NCBI GenBank assembly: GCA_950097015.1
Contig: CATNEN010000025.1
Span: 1,736,001 to 1,800,000, forward strand
Origin: Macrostomum hystrix
Lineage: Eukaryota; Animalia; Platyhelminthes
Length of the DNA stretch: 64,000 nucleotides
Reading direction: 5' to 3'
In this document: positions 12,245 to 23,900 of the stretch, one piece after another
Numbering within the stretch: position 1 is the stretch's first letter
Layout of the letters: each line of letters opens with the position of its first letter
The notes under the pieces: generated by a model
The model's database searches: none
What the model saw: the letters and a program-made list of their open reading frames with translations, nothing else
What the model was told of the DNA's origin: nothing
Translations under genes and position numbers: made by a program

Positions 12245-15200
12245 ATGAACAATAGCGCGGCCAATCCGGAGGCCTCGATGCTCGGCCTGATGCCGAGTGC
12301 ATGCGAGGCCGAACTGCAGAACCTGATGTACCATATTGACCAGATGATTCAGGCCAAGCGAGTCGAATGGGAGAGAGAACTGCAAACTATCGAAGCTAGA
12401 TTAGCCAGCAAGGAGCGAGAGTGCGCCCTGCTGCGTTCGGATCTCGGCGAGCAAACCAAAGAATTAGAGAGTCTGCGCGCTCGCCTAAACGACTCTGGTA
12501 GAAGCTCAGGAGAGCAGGTAAGAGCCGCTTAGCATCGCAGTTGTTTCTTTGATTTTTAAGCAAACATTTTGTCCTCTAATGCGCCTAACTGTCGGTGATC
12601 TTCCCAGATAATTAATCTTGAAATGCTGACCAAAATAGCCTTTTTATCCTGAAAATTAAGCAGGTTGAGCTCACCGCCATCCCAGATAGTCAAGTTGAGC
12701 ACACCGCCATCCCAGATAGTCAAGATGAGCACACCGCCATCCCAGATAGTCAGGTTGAGCACACCGCCATCCCAGATAGTCAGGTTGAGCTCACCGCCAT
12801 CCCAGATAGTCAGGTTGAGCACACCGCCATCCCAGATAGTCAGGTTGAGCTCACCGCCATCCCAGATAGTCAGATTGAGCACACCGCCATCCCAGATAGT
12901 CAGGTTGAGCACACCGCCATCCCAGATAGTCAGGTTGAGCACACCGCCATCCCAGATAGTCAGGTTGAGCACACCGCCATCCCAGATAGTCAAGTTGAGC
13001 ACACCGCCATCCCAGATAGTCAAGTTGAGCTCACCGCCATCCCAGATAGTCAAGTTGAGCTCACCGCCATCCCAGATAGTCAAGTTGAGCTCACCGCCAT
13101 CCCAGATAGTCAAGTTGAGCTCACCGCCATCCCAGATAGTCAAGTTGAGCTCACCGCCATCCCAGATAGTCAAGTTGAGCTCACCGCCATCCCAGATAGT
13201 CAAGTTGAGCTCACCGCCATCCCAGATAGTCAAGTTGAGCTCACCGCCATCCCAGATAGTCAGGTTGAGCACACCGCCATCCCAGATAGTCAGGTTGAGC
13301 ACACCGCCATCCCAGATAGTCAGGTTGAGCACACCGCCATCCCAGATAGTCAGGTTGAGTACACCGCCATCCCAGATAGTCAGGTTGAGTACACCGCCAT
13401 CCCAGATAGTCAGGTTGAGTACACCGCCATCCCAGATACTCAGGTTGAGCACACTGCCATCCCAGATAGTCAGGTTGAGTACACCGCCATCCCAGATAGT
13501 CAGGTTGAGTACACCGCCATCCCAGATACTCAGGTTAATCACACCGCCATCCCAGATACTCAGGTTGAGCACACTGCCATCCCCAATACTCGGGTTGAGC
13601 ACACCGCCATCCCAGTCCCAACTGTAGTTGAACACAACCACCGTAACAGATGTCTTAATTAGACTTATAGCCCATTCAGACTGCCTGATAAAAATCATGC
13701 AAAATTTAACGCAGGCCTTTACGTTCTCTAATTTGCACATTTTGCAGGTGCAAGCACTGCACAAAGAGCTGCTAGCTCTGGGCAGCCAGCACGAGCGGCT
13801 TTGCCGGAACTATCGCAAACGCGAGCAGCAACTTCAAAAAGAGGCGTCGGCAGTAAAAAATCAGCTGCAGGCTGAGAACGCTTCTCTCAATCAGCAATTA
13901 GCGGACGTATCGTCTGAGAAGCAGCGACTGCAATGGGAGCTAGCCGAGGTTAGGGCACAGCGCGACAGTTCAGATGAGAAACTGCAACTAATGCAGGAAC
14001 AATCTGCAGCCTACGCGGAACAATTGGAGAAACGAAAGCGTCTATCTGAGTCAGCCGAGGCTGCCCTGAAGCGAACTATCGAATTATTGGAACAACAGGT
14101 GGCCAAGGCTCAGGATCAGCTATCTGGCCAGGTAGGTTCTGTGTTAACTGGACTATACCAATAGTAATGTTCATTTAGATCCTTAATATTGCATCGCCTA
14201 TGCAGGCTACTGCGACCTCCAAGCTAAAAGCTCGCCTAGCCGAAAGCAGCGCCGAGTGTAGGTCAGTAGCCGAAGACAAAGAGCGCCTAGAAGCCGAGCT
14301 ACAGTCGGCTAGGAAGGCCACTCAACGCGTTGAAATTGAAGCCTCGCGTTTGGCTATGGAACTGCGTGCCAGGGAGTCGGAGCTTAGAGAATTGCACAGG
14401 TGAGCGAATTGAATGCTTTAACAGTAGAAAGACCACGGCAGGGTACCCACTGCCAACTTCACGATAGCTCCCAAACCGAATGGCCGATTTTTCGTCAAAG
14501 TCCAAATTTTGCGATACGTCCGATGGCAGTGTCGTCGAAATATTCAGCGATTCTTCTGGAAGATCCTGGTGACAATGACAACTAACATTGCTCTGTATAA
14601 ACCTCTCTGGCGAGTCCATATTGGTTCAATATATAAACTCTCGTATTTATAGGCAGTTTAGACCCCTTCCAACACTGCCATTGGCTGGAGCCTTTCACGG
14701 GCTCTCATTGGCTGGAATGATCAGGCAGGCGGAAATTCCGTGGGCGTGCCAAGACTGCCATGGAAAAACCTTGGAAATAAGGGCCACAGCTCTCCTATAC
14801 AGACACCCTAAAGACACTTAACTAATAGGATAGAGACTCAGCTAGACTATACAGCGGCGATGGCTAAGTAGTCACCGGAGTGGGAACTAGTTACTTAAGC
14901 CTAATAACTAGCGACTCACTATTATAAAACTGTATTACAGCAACACTAGCCGACATAGTTTCATAATGAAATGTTGTGAGCAGAATGCTGATGTTTTGTG
15001 ATTCTGGAAGTTGCTTTTTTGGATAGAGCGGAAATGTAACTATCAATCTATCAACAGTGACAGAGCCAGAGTCGGCGGCGGCGATATCAGCCGGAGCGAT
15101 AGGGGCTGTCAAACCGAGCTCACCAGCTCAGAGCTGGGACGCCTAGCGGGCGAATTAGATTCGCTCCGAACTCGAGTAGTCGAATTAGCTCAGCGCGAGC

Positions 15201-16534
15201 GTCGGACAGCGGAGGAGGCCGACACCGCTAGGCTGGAAGCTGAGGCAGACGCCGATCAGCTAAGGCGGCAGTGTCGCGAACTCGGCGCCGAATTGGAGTC
15301 GGCCCGCGCCGCGGCCACTTCCAGGCGCGACTCAGACCGGGCCCAGTTGGACGGCCTGCGCGAAGCCCTGGCCGGCCTGGAGGCTCAGGTTGCCGGCGTG
15401 ACTGCGCAGCGTGACTCGCAGGCGGATCGACTGACGACAGCTGAGCGTCGGGCGGCTGCCGCGGCTGACGAAGTTGAAAGATGCCAGGTTAGTCTATTAA
15501 TTTATTGTCGTCCTCTGTGTTTAACTCCATTTTAAGAATTTTTATTGTAACCCCCATAGGTTTTATGGTTTATTTTTATCCATCTTTATTCCCTTGAATC
15601 TCCATCCATTTCTTTTATCTTTATCTTTGTAATCCTTCCCCCCCAGATTTATTCTTTTATCCCAAATCCACGGTTTATTAAAAAAATCCTGAATCCCTGG
15701 TCTATTCTCAAATCTAATTATCCTGAATCCATGGTCTATTTTCAAATCAAATTATCCTGACTCCCTGGTCTATTTTCAAATCTAATTATCCTGAATCCCA
15801 GGTCTATTCTTAAATCTAATTATCCTGAATCTCTGGTCTATTCTCAAATCCTGAATACCTGGTCAATTCTCAAATCCTGAATACCAGGTCAATTCTCAAA
15901 TCCTGAATACCAGGTTTATTCTCATTCTCATCCTGAATCCCAGGCTTCGATTTCCAGCTATCCCATAACTCGAGGTGTCCGCTAATCGCTGGTTATCAAT
16001 GTCAGCTTTCTCATAGCTCAAACCTCAGGTTAAAAAAGTTGTCAATGCCTTCTAATTGCGCAGGTTGAACTTGGCGCCGCCGTGGCCCAATTAGAAGCTA
16101 TGCGTGCTGAGAATGCTCAATTGCGATGCTCTGCGGTTCCGCGCCGTAACGGCAGCAGCAGCAGCCAGGACTGGAATGCCGAGCGCCTTAGCCTTCTGGA
16201 ACGACTGGCAGCCGCCGAGGCCAGAGCCGATCGTGCCGAAGCCGAGAATCAAATGCTCACCGGCCTAATTGACGACGGTGACGATAGCGACACAGCCGTC
16301 GATGCTCACTCGGTTGTTAGACGAATCGATGGTCACGTGACGGATCTCGGACGCCAGACTGACCTAATGCTGAGTCAGGCGACTCCGGCCTGGCGTGGCC
16401 GACTGGCGCTACCGTCGCAGGCCGCCTTGACGTCGTCCTCATCGGTGACGGCTGTTACAGCATCGGCTGCGGCAGCTGTTGCTTCTACTCCGCTGGGACC
16501 TTTTACGCAGTACCGAAAACTCGCTTTTTCCTAG
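12245..16534 (+). CDS. CEP63: CEP63/DEUP1-family centriolar coiled-coil protein (583 aa)
   Basis: Exons 12245-12517, 13748-14131, 14206-14399, 15058-15487, 16064-16534 (1752 nt, GT-AG). N-terminal ACEAELQNLMYHIDQMIQAKRVEWE matches the CEP63/DEUP1 signature SCEAELQELMKQIDIMV..KKSEWE. Confidence 0.8.
12661..13620. repeat. 30-bp minisatellite x32 in CEP63 intron 1
   Basis: Unit CAGGTTGAGCACACCGCCATCCCAGATAGT. Confidence 0.95.
15690..15945. repeat. Degenerate 21-34 bp tandem repeat (ATCCTGAATCCCTGGTCTATTCTCAA) in CEP63 intron 4
   Basis: Direct reading. Confidence 0.8.
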
Positions 16535-17271
16535 TGTTAAAATTTATTTTAAAAAACATAAAATGGGTTAAATGATACTAGTTAATAAATCTATATTAAA
16601 ATTCTAAGAATTGATTGTGGCTTCAATCGATATACTCGTAGATAGACTTAACTAGACTTAACTGCTTGTTATATATATCCTATCAGTGTCCTATAGTCGT
16701 AGATTTTTAAATAATATTGGTTTTACACTATTCTAAAAGGACCTAATTTATTATTTTATTTACAATGTACTTTTAGTGGTAACCACTGGGTTCAAGTCAG
16801 TGCTCTTTCTAATGCACAATAACTATGAGCGTACCTAAAAGGAGCTCACAAAATTGAATTTTATTTTATAAGGAATTTAATTAGTTTCAATGTATTTATA
16901 CGAGTCTTTAATGTCTTTTATGTACAATCATTTTTTAGTTTGACATTTAATTACAATGTACTTGATTGTGTAGATAAGTTAAAGTACAACTGTATGCCTA
17001 ACGGCAAATCTTACCATTGTGATGTGTATTTTTAATTTGTATACTTTATACATAGTTATGCAACTAGTTCGTACATTTGCATGTATGGTAGAATTTAATA
17101 ATTTGCTTATAAATAAACTTTTTTTTCGTTTCCGTGCGTCATTCGCTTATACTAGATATAGCAGTGGCTGAAATTTAAATTATACATTCACTGCCTTTTT
17201 TTCTAGACTATTCTTTTTACTTATGGTGTACAACGCGCAGATTTTGTTTTTCTTTTTACGGCTATCCTATG

Positions 17272-18479
17272 ACAACTAGATTATGTCTTGACTTAAGCTG
17301 TCAATGACGACTTGATGAGGTCATGACTGTAGCTGTCAATGACAACTAGATTAGGACTTGACTTAAGCTGTCAATGACAACTAGATGAGGTCATGACTTT
17401 AGCTGTCAATGACAACTAGATTAGGACTTGACTTAAGCTGTCAATGACAACTAGATGAGGTCATGACTGTAGCTGTCAATGACAACTAGATTAGGACTTG
17501 ACTTAAGCTGTCAATGACAACTAGATGAGGTCATGACTGTAGCTGTCAATGACAACTAGATGAGGTCATGACTGTAGCTGTCAATGACAACTAGGTGAGG
17601 TCATTACTGTAGCTGTCAATGACAACTAGATGAGGTCATGACTGTAGCTGTCAATGACAACTAGGTGAGGTCATTACTGTAGCTGTCAATGACAACTAGA
17701 TGAGGTCATGACTGTAGCTGTCAATGACAACTAGATGAGGTCATGACTGTAGCTGTCAATGACAACTAGATGAGGTCATGACTGTAGCTGTCAATGACAA
17801 CTAGGTGAGGTCATTACTGTAGCTGTCAATGACAACTAGGTGAGGTCATGACTGTAGCTGTCAATGACAACTAGGTGAGGTCATTACTGTAGCTGTCAAT
17901 GACAACTAGATGAGGTCATGACTGTAGCTGTCAATGACAACTAGATGAGGTCATTACTGTAGCTGTCAATGACAACTAGATGAGGTCATGACTGTAGCTG
18001 TCAATGACAACTAGATGAGGTCATGACTGTAGCTGTCAATGACAACTAGATGAGGTCATGACTGTAGCTGTCAATGACAACTAGGTGAGGTCATGACTGT
18101 AGCTGTCAATGACAACTAGATGAGGTCATGACTGTAGCTGTCAATGACAACTAGGTGAGGTCATGACTGTAGCTGTCAATGACAACTAGATGAGGTCATG
18201 ACTGTAGCTGTCAATGACAACTAGATGAGGTCATGACTGTAGCTGTCAATGACAACTAGGTGAGGTCATTACTGTAGCTGTCAATGACAACTAGATGAGG
18301 TCATGACTGTAGCTGTCAATGACAACTAGGTGAGGTCATGACTGTAGCTGTCAATGACAACTAGATGAGGTCATGACTGTAGCTGTCAATGACAACTAGG
18401 TGAGGTCATTACTGTAGCTGTCAATGACAACTAGATGAGGTCATGACTGTAGCTGTCAATGACAACTAGATATGACAAC
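17272..18479. repeat. 35-bp minisatellite, about 34 units
   Basis: Unit CTAGATGAGGTCATGACTGTAGCTGTCAATGACAA; contains the palindrome GTCATGAC and inverted TGTCA-A-TGACA. Confidence 0.95.
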
Positions 18480-18616
18480 TTAATAATAAGTTTAGCTAAT
18501 AATGACTGTCACAAATTTACGTATGTTAAATTGTCATGAAGTACTTTTTTAAGACTCTGAAACTCCTGTTGTAATATATAGCCTTTAACAATAAGCTTTT
18601 TGACACCTATTTCCAG

Positions 18617-20235
18617 CTGCTGCGCAACTTTAGCGGGCGCCTCCTAGCTTGCGGCCGCGATCCGCGACAGGCCATTGAACGTTTTCGCTTTCTCTCATCA
18701 TCATCGACAGTGCCATCGGCATCGTCAGCATCATTGTCTCCGGAATTGCCAAGTAGCGATCCGGTCCTGTTAGACACCATATTAAACACTTGCTTATCGC
18801 CTGAACAGGCTCATATTCGTTGTCTGGCTGAAATTTTCTCCTTTGGTGCCAATGATAGCAGCGGCCTCGGCTTATCCTGGTTCGCCAGCATTGCTATGGG
18901 CACGGCGGCAATTCGCAGTGTGGCCATTGTTGGCCTACCGGCTATGGCCAGGCTGCTGACTAGGCAGAATTGGTTTCGCTACGAATTGAAACAGCAGGCC
19001 AGAGAATGCGATCAACGACTGCTGCTTTTGGCCGCTTATGAGGCTAGAAGAAGGTGAGCTTCTTGTCAGTAGGCTAGTTGGCTAGTCTGCACACTTCACC
19101 CATTCATCCTCTCAAGGTATTCTTCGAGTCTAGGGGAATTCCCCCTTACAATTTTTTGTGCTGCAACCGAACGGAGCAACGCAAGCACACGAAACTCAAG
19201 AACACGGGCCAACTTTTTGTTGGGCATCTTCTGAAACAATAATCAATCAGCTCTTCAGACTGTCGAGATATTCAATGGTTCTGACCGTTTCAATATTCAA
19301 TAGCTTGTTGCCTATTGATGTAGCTTGTAGGCTATTGATGTAGCTTGTAGGCTATTGATGGAGCTTGTAGGCTATTGATGTAGCTTGTAGGCTATTGATG
19401 GAGCTTGTAGGCTATTGATGTAGCTTGTAGGCTATTGATGGAGCTTGTAGGCTATTGATGTAGCTTGTAGGCTATTGATGGAGCTTGTAGGCTATTGATG
19501 GAGCTTGTAGGCTATTGATGGAGCTTGTAGGCTATTGATGGAGCTTGTAGGCTATTGATGGAGTTCAGACTGAAATAAAATCTCCTAGAGAAAATTTGTG
19601 TTCTAGAGCAAGAAATTCGAGCGCGTCTGGCGTACTCCAGTCCATGGACTGAACTGCTGTACACTGCCTCTGTCAGTTTATTAATCTATCTAAGCCTTAA
19701 AGCTAGTCACCCATGAAACCATCTCAGGTCGTGGAGTATTGCTGAGCGCGACGCCCACTTAAAACGCCTGCGCTCTGAATCGCCCGAGCTTCGCCAATTA
19801 GCCGCCGAATTCGCCACCCTACAGGCCGGCATCGGTCTAGGCTCGTTGGCCCTGCAGTCTAGCCTATTCATTTGCTCCAGTGCGGCATTGCGCAGCCTGT
19901 GTACCGCTGCGCCTAGCCTAGTACATCCAGCCTGGCTGTGCGTCCCCGATCCCTGGTGCGCACTGCCCCTGGCCACTGTTGCCTTCAACATGGCTAATTT
20001 TCTTTGGCCCAGGCGCGGCCTGCCGCGTCAGTCCATACCGCTGCCAGCCGGACTGCCGGCCATACCGCCTCAGGCTGTTATTGGCTTGGTTGTTGGGGCC
20101 AATGCGTTCCTGCTCTACATTGGAGCATTCTATGCCCCAGCTGGTGTGGCTCTCTATTGGTTTTGTTCAGCTGTGCATCAGAGCCTACTGCTAGCTGCAC
20201 TGGCTGCCTATAAACGCTTCAAGAATAGAACATAG
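18617..20235 (+). CDS. COX18: COX18-like (Oxa1/YidC family) mitochondrial insertase, 5' end incomplete
   Basis: Exons 18617-19053 and 19728-20235 (945 nt, phase 2 join). LSWFASIAMGTAAIRSVAIVGLP, SWSIAERDAHLKRLR, LQSSLFICSSAALRSL, WLCVPDPWCALP and VALYWFCSAVHQSL parallel COX18 motifs; N-terminus LLRNFSGRLLACGR is Arg-rich like a mitochondrial presequence. No in-frame ATG near the acceptor at 18616. Confidence 0.72.
19133..19287 (+). mobile_element. Truncated copy of the TTAA MITE family
   Basis: Matches the left part of 37318-37935 (CAATTTTTTG.GCTGCA.CCGAACGG...GAAACTCAAGAACACGGGCCAAC). Confidence 0.8.
19303..19563. repeat. 20-bp minisatellite x13 in the COX18 intron
   Basis: Unit AGCTTGTAGGCTATTGATG(T/G). 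Confidence 0.95.
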
Positions 20236-20555
20236 GACCTAACTTGTGAACTAAAATTGTGCGAATCATAGGAGAAAAGTGCATTTAAGACATGTCCCGA
20301 TTCTGTGTGTTTTAGCTGAAACTGCTGTTCTAGATTTTTACACATGGATATGAGCATAAATATTTTTGAGTGAAAATGAATGTGTATGCCTGAAATTTAA
20401 TAAATGTCCCTGCTATTTTACTGCTTTTTTCGTTATTTTTTGTCGACAAAAACTCTAATTTTAAATGATTTGATAAATTTAGCTTTACTTAGACAATTAG
20501 GCCGCGCCTAAGGTTGAGCCTAGGTTGAGGTTGAGTGCTGAGGTTGTAGCCTAGT

Positions 20556-20776
20556 GGGGTTGTAGCCTAGTGGTTAGGGCGTCGGACTCACGACTTGAAG
20601 GTCGGGGGTTCGATTCCCGACTCCACTGAAACAATTTGTGTCCTTTAGCAAGACACTTAACTCTACATTGCTTTAGTTCACCCAGCTGTTAGATGGGTAC
20701 CAATAGCTGCGGCTGTGCTGTCGGCTGCACATCTGGCCCGATTGGGGCAGGTGTAATCAATTGTTATTATTATTAC
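20556..20776 (+). mobile_element. tRNA-derived CORE-like SINE
   Basis: A-box TAGCCTAGTGG, B-box GGTTCGATTCC, then TGTGTCCTTTAGCAAGACACTTAAC...CCCAGCTGTTAGATGGG resembling the CORE domain (TGTGACCTTGGGCAAGTCACTTAAC...ATCTGTAAAATGGG), ending in (TTA)n. Confidence 0.75.
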
Positions 20777-20948
20777 TAAGAAAATTGTATGTATATTTGC
20801 CAATTTTTTTTCTAAATGATTTTAGCGACTTCAGCTTGCTCTGCATACTACTCACCAGCAGCAACAATTGTCATTCAGTAGGATAAAAACAAATCACGTT
20901 CATCTAGAAATTTATCGCTCGCTCAAACAATAAAGGCGATCGAAAAAA

Positions 20949-23900
20949 ATGCCGACTGCCGTTACGACTGCATCGAAGACCACAAGCGTAAGTGTATTTC
21001 TCTGAGTTTTATTTTTCTAGCCGTGGTCACTCTTCTTTATTTATTGGTCTTTTAACGATAATCTTTCCGGAAAAAATATCAGACAATGTCCTCAACTTGA
21101 TGGTTCAAGAAGATGGAGAATTGACAGACAGAGTTACTAGCAAATTACATATTACAGCGATGACAGGCAGCTGCGGTGTAGCCAACTTTCGCTTCCTTAG
21201 CAACATGTGCTCTTTTATAACCTAAATAATTGAGTTTATTGTTTTATTTTGCGTTACTGCAATTGTTATTGGTTTTCAACTTCTATTTCAAACTAAGTAG
21301 CTTCAATTTCGTCCGCGAGACCGGCCTGCCCAAGTTAGAGTAAATCAATTTCAGGAAAAGTAACTTCTATTTCGTCTCTTCAGCACAGCGATTCGTGTTT
21401 GCGTCCGCTCTGTGAAACACGGACTTTGTCGTTGCCTTTGATCTTCGCCGACGCCCGCACCGACTCCGCCACCGTTTGAAATAGAAGTTAAAAAACCAAT
21501 ATAGTCCTGATGTAGAACTTATGATAATCTTAAAAAACTTATGATAATTTTAAGAAGTAAATTAAATCTCAGCATCTTCTATTGCGTGCGCGACCCGATA
21601 AAAATATTTATCATAACACTAAATTATGTATATTGTTGGCACTATTATTTGGCCTCTCCTAATTGCCAGTGGTCCAAGATGTTTCCTGAGGTCAGCAGCT
21701 CTGAGAAGTCTGCCACCTTTGTTAAGAAACTATTCGCCGTAGCGCTGTCAAACGTGCTCTATTTGCGCGGCATCTTCCCGGAGGCTGGCTTCATTGAGCG
21801 CAATCTGGAGGGCATCAGGCTGAAGATCATTCGCGACGACTCGCCATGCCCCGGCTGCGAGAAGGTCTGCTATTGGGTGCGCGGCTGCTTCGACGCACTG
21901 GATAAGAAATATGTGAGCAGTTCCGCTATTCTCAACCTCAAGTCTCAAGTCTGTGGGCTACTCTGTTCCTCCCGATTAGGGCTACGCTTATTCTCTGATG
22001 CATGAACATGTGGCGCAGAATTTCTCGACAACAGTCGACCTCACAGCCAGCCAGGAGGCAATTTTGCCTATTCTGCCACACGGATACATAATTACAGACA
22101 TACACTAAAGTGTGTACATCTGCCCAGACTTTTCTCATCGCCCTTAACACTAAAACTACCAAGACGGATTTACCCCCTGACAATTTTTTGTGCTGCACCC
22201 GAACGTAGCAACGCAAGCAGACGAAATTCAAGAACACGGGGCCAACTTTTGTTGCGCATCTTCTGAACCAAGAATCAAGTCGCCACCTCTTCAGACCGTC
22301 GAGATATTCAACGGTTCTAGCCGAAGGTCTGATAATTCCCATAAGCGCTAGTGTATTTCATACACCCCTATACACAAATTAGCACTGCGCCTCAGTGAGG
22401 CCTTGCCAGGCCTTCCGAATTCATCAGCACGTCACCCGAATGTGCCTGCATCATCTCCGTCTTCGGTGGTCACCTACCTTTATCTAGACGGACTGCGGGA
22501 CCTTCAAGGGCTACAACAGGTGGAACTAGGCCACTATGGACACTCTAAGGCGATTTTCTCCAATTTCACTGCACAAGCCAAAATATATTAGGCGCAGCTA
22601 AATCACAGGATCCCCTCTTCTAGTCTGTCAACCAATCAGTCACCAGCCAACACTGTTAGCATTCAAGGGGGACTCCCCCTTGGTATAAAAACGGGCGGCA
22701 AAATGGCTTGGGTAGTCCTACTGTTAAATAATAAGCTCGAGATAACTGGGTGTAAAAGTCAGACGTAGCGCACTTGTCCTCGTCAACGTCTCATTTTCTT
22801 TAGTTTTAGTTACAATATATAAGACTACAATACAACTTCACTTAACTTTATTTTTTCAGTTAAAGAAGGCCATGATTGGGGTGAGTTCATTACACCTGAT
22901 TTCCAACAAATTTTTCATCTTTCATAGTTACCAACCTATTCTAATACGAATATATATTTTAGTTCTACAAGACCAGCGAAGGTGGATCACAACAGGAGGT
23001 AATTATTTCGCACATTCGCTTGCTGCTTAAATGTGTTTATAATAGCGAAATTCACTTCGAACGTCACAGATTTCATATTCACCTTATTACAGAGCCTTGT
23101 CGAGGCCTACTACTTTAAGTTCGACTATTTTAGCGTAGATGGCGGCTCGGACACTGTTTCAGTTGATGTGCAGCACGAAGTACCATCCGATAGGTGAGTG
23201 GTTCATTGGTTAAATAGGCGAAGTAGACACGAATTTAGTAATTCTTATAAAAATACACTCGTATTAAAAAAGTTTTTATCAACAATGTCTGTTATAGTTT
23301 TTCGAAAAATGAATATCGATTTTGACGAGGGTGCGGGAGTGTTTGACTATGCGAACCAGTTTCTAGTGATTGACGCGATCGAAGCCTCCGGTTCGCTGGT
23401 TCTGACCTGTTGAAGCCCCTACAGATAAAGTTGTTAATGCTAAGCAGGGCAGTCGTTATCGAGTGTCTCGGGCGAAGTCCGTGCTGCCACGGGTTTGAGA
23501 AGGCATTTTTTCAAACGTCTTCGCGGCCGGAGAAAGGAGTGAAGATTGGCAACGTCTTGGCAACCTTCGCAGAGATCCACGCTGCAGTCAGGATGCAAGT
23601 GGCGATGGCGAGGTTGAACAAGTTGCACAAGAAGGCAACGCCGCGAGGTCCCAGGTGCTTCAGGTGGATTGCCGCCCGGACCGAGAGCCTTGGACGGGGC
23701 GGAAGATTTGATTGCCCTCTGAAGGAATTGAGAATATTTTTTGGCCAGGTAGTCGTGCCAATTGAGAACATGATGCCGGAGGAGTTGAGAGGGACAGGTT
23801 TCCCACTAGGACGCTTGATAACTTTCCAGACATTAGAGACTTTGCGGCGTATGCTGAAGGTCTCAAGTTTGGCTCTCCAGTTTTCACGCCTTGTTTGACT

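Noticed and set aside
12556-13764. WDGG-repeat 402-aa ORF and its antisense partner
   Set aside because: 30-bp intronic repeat inside CEP63 intron 1.
17272-18479. 35-bp partly palindromic repeats resembling CRISPR repeats (also 50012-51590)
   Set aside because: Units are contiguous with no unique spacers, no cas genes are present, and the context is eukaryotic.
20556-20630. tRNA gene (Val-like anticodon CAC)
   Set aside because: Poor acceptor and anticodon stem pairing, extra Gs in the T-stem, and it continues into a CORE-like body and TTA tail, so it is a SINE head.
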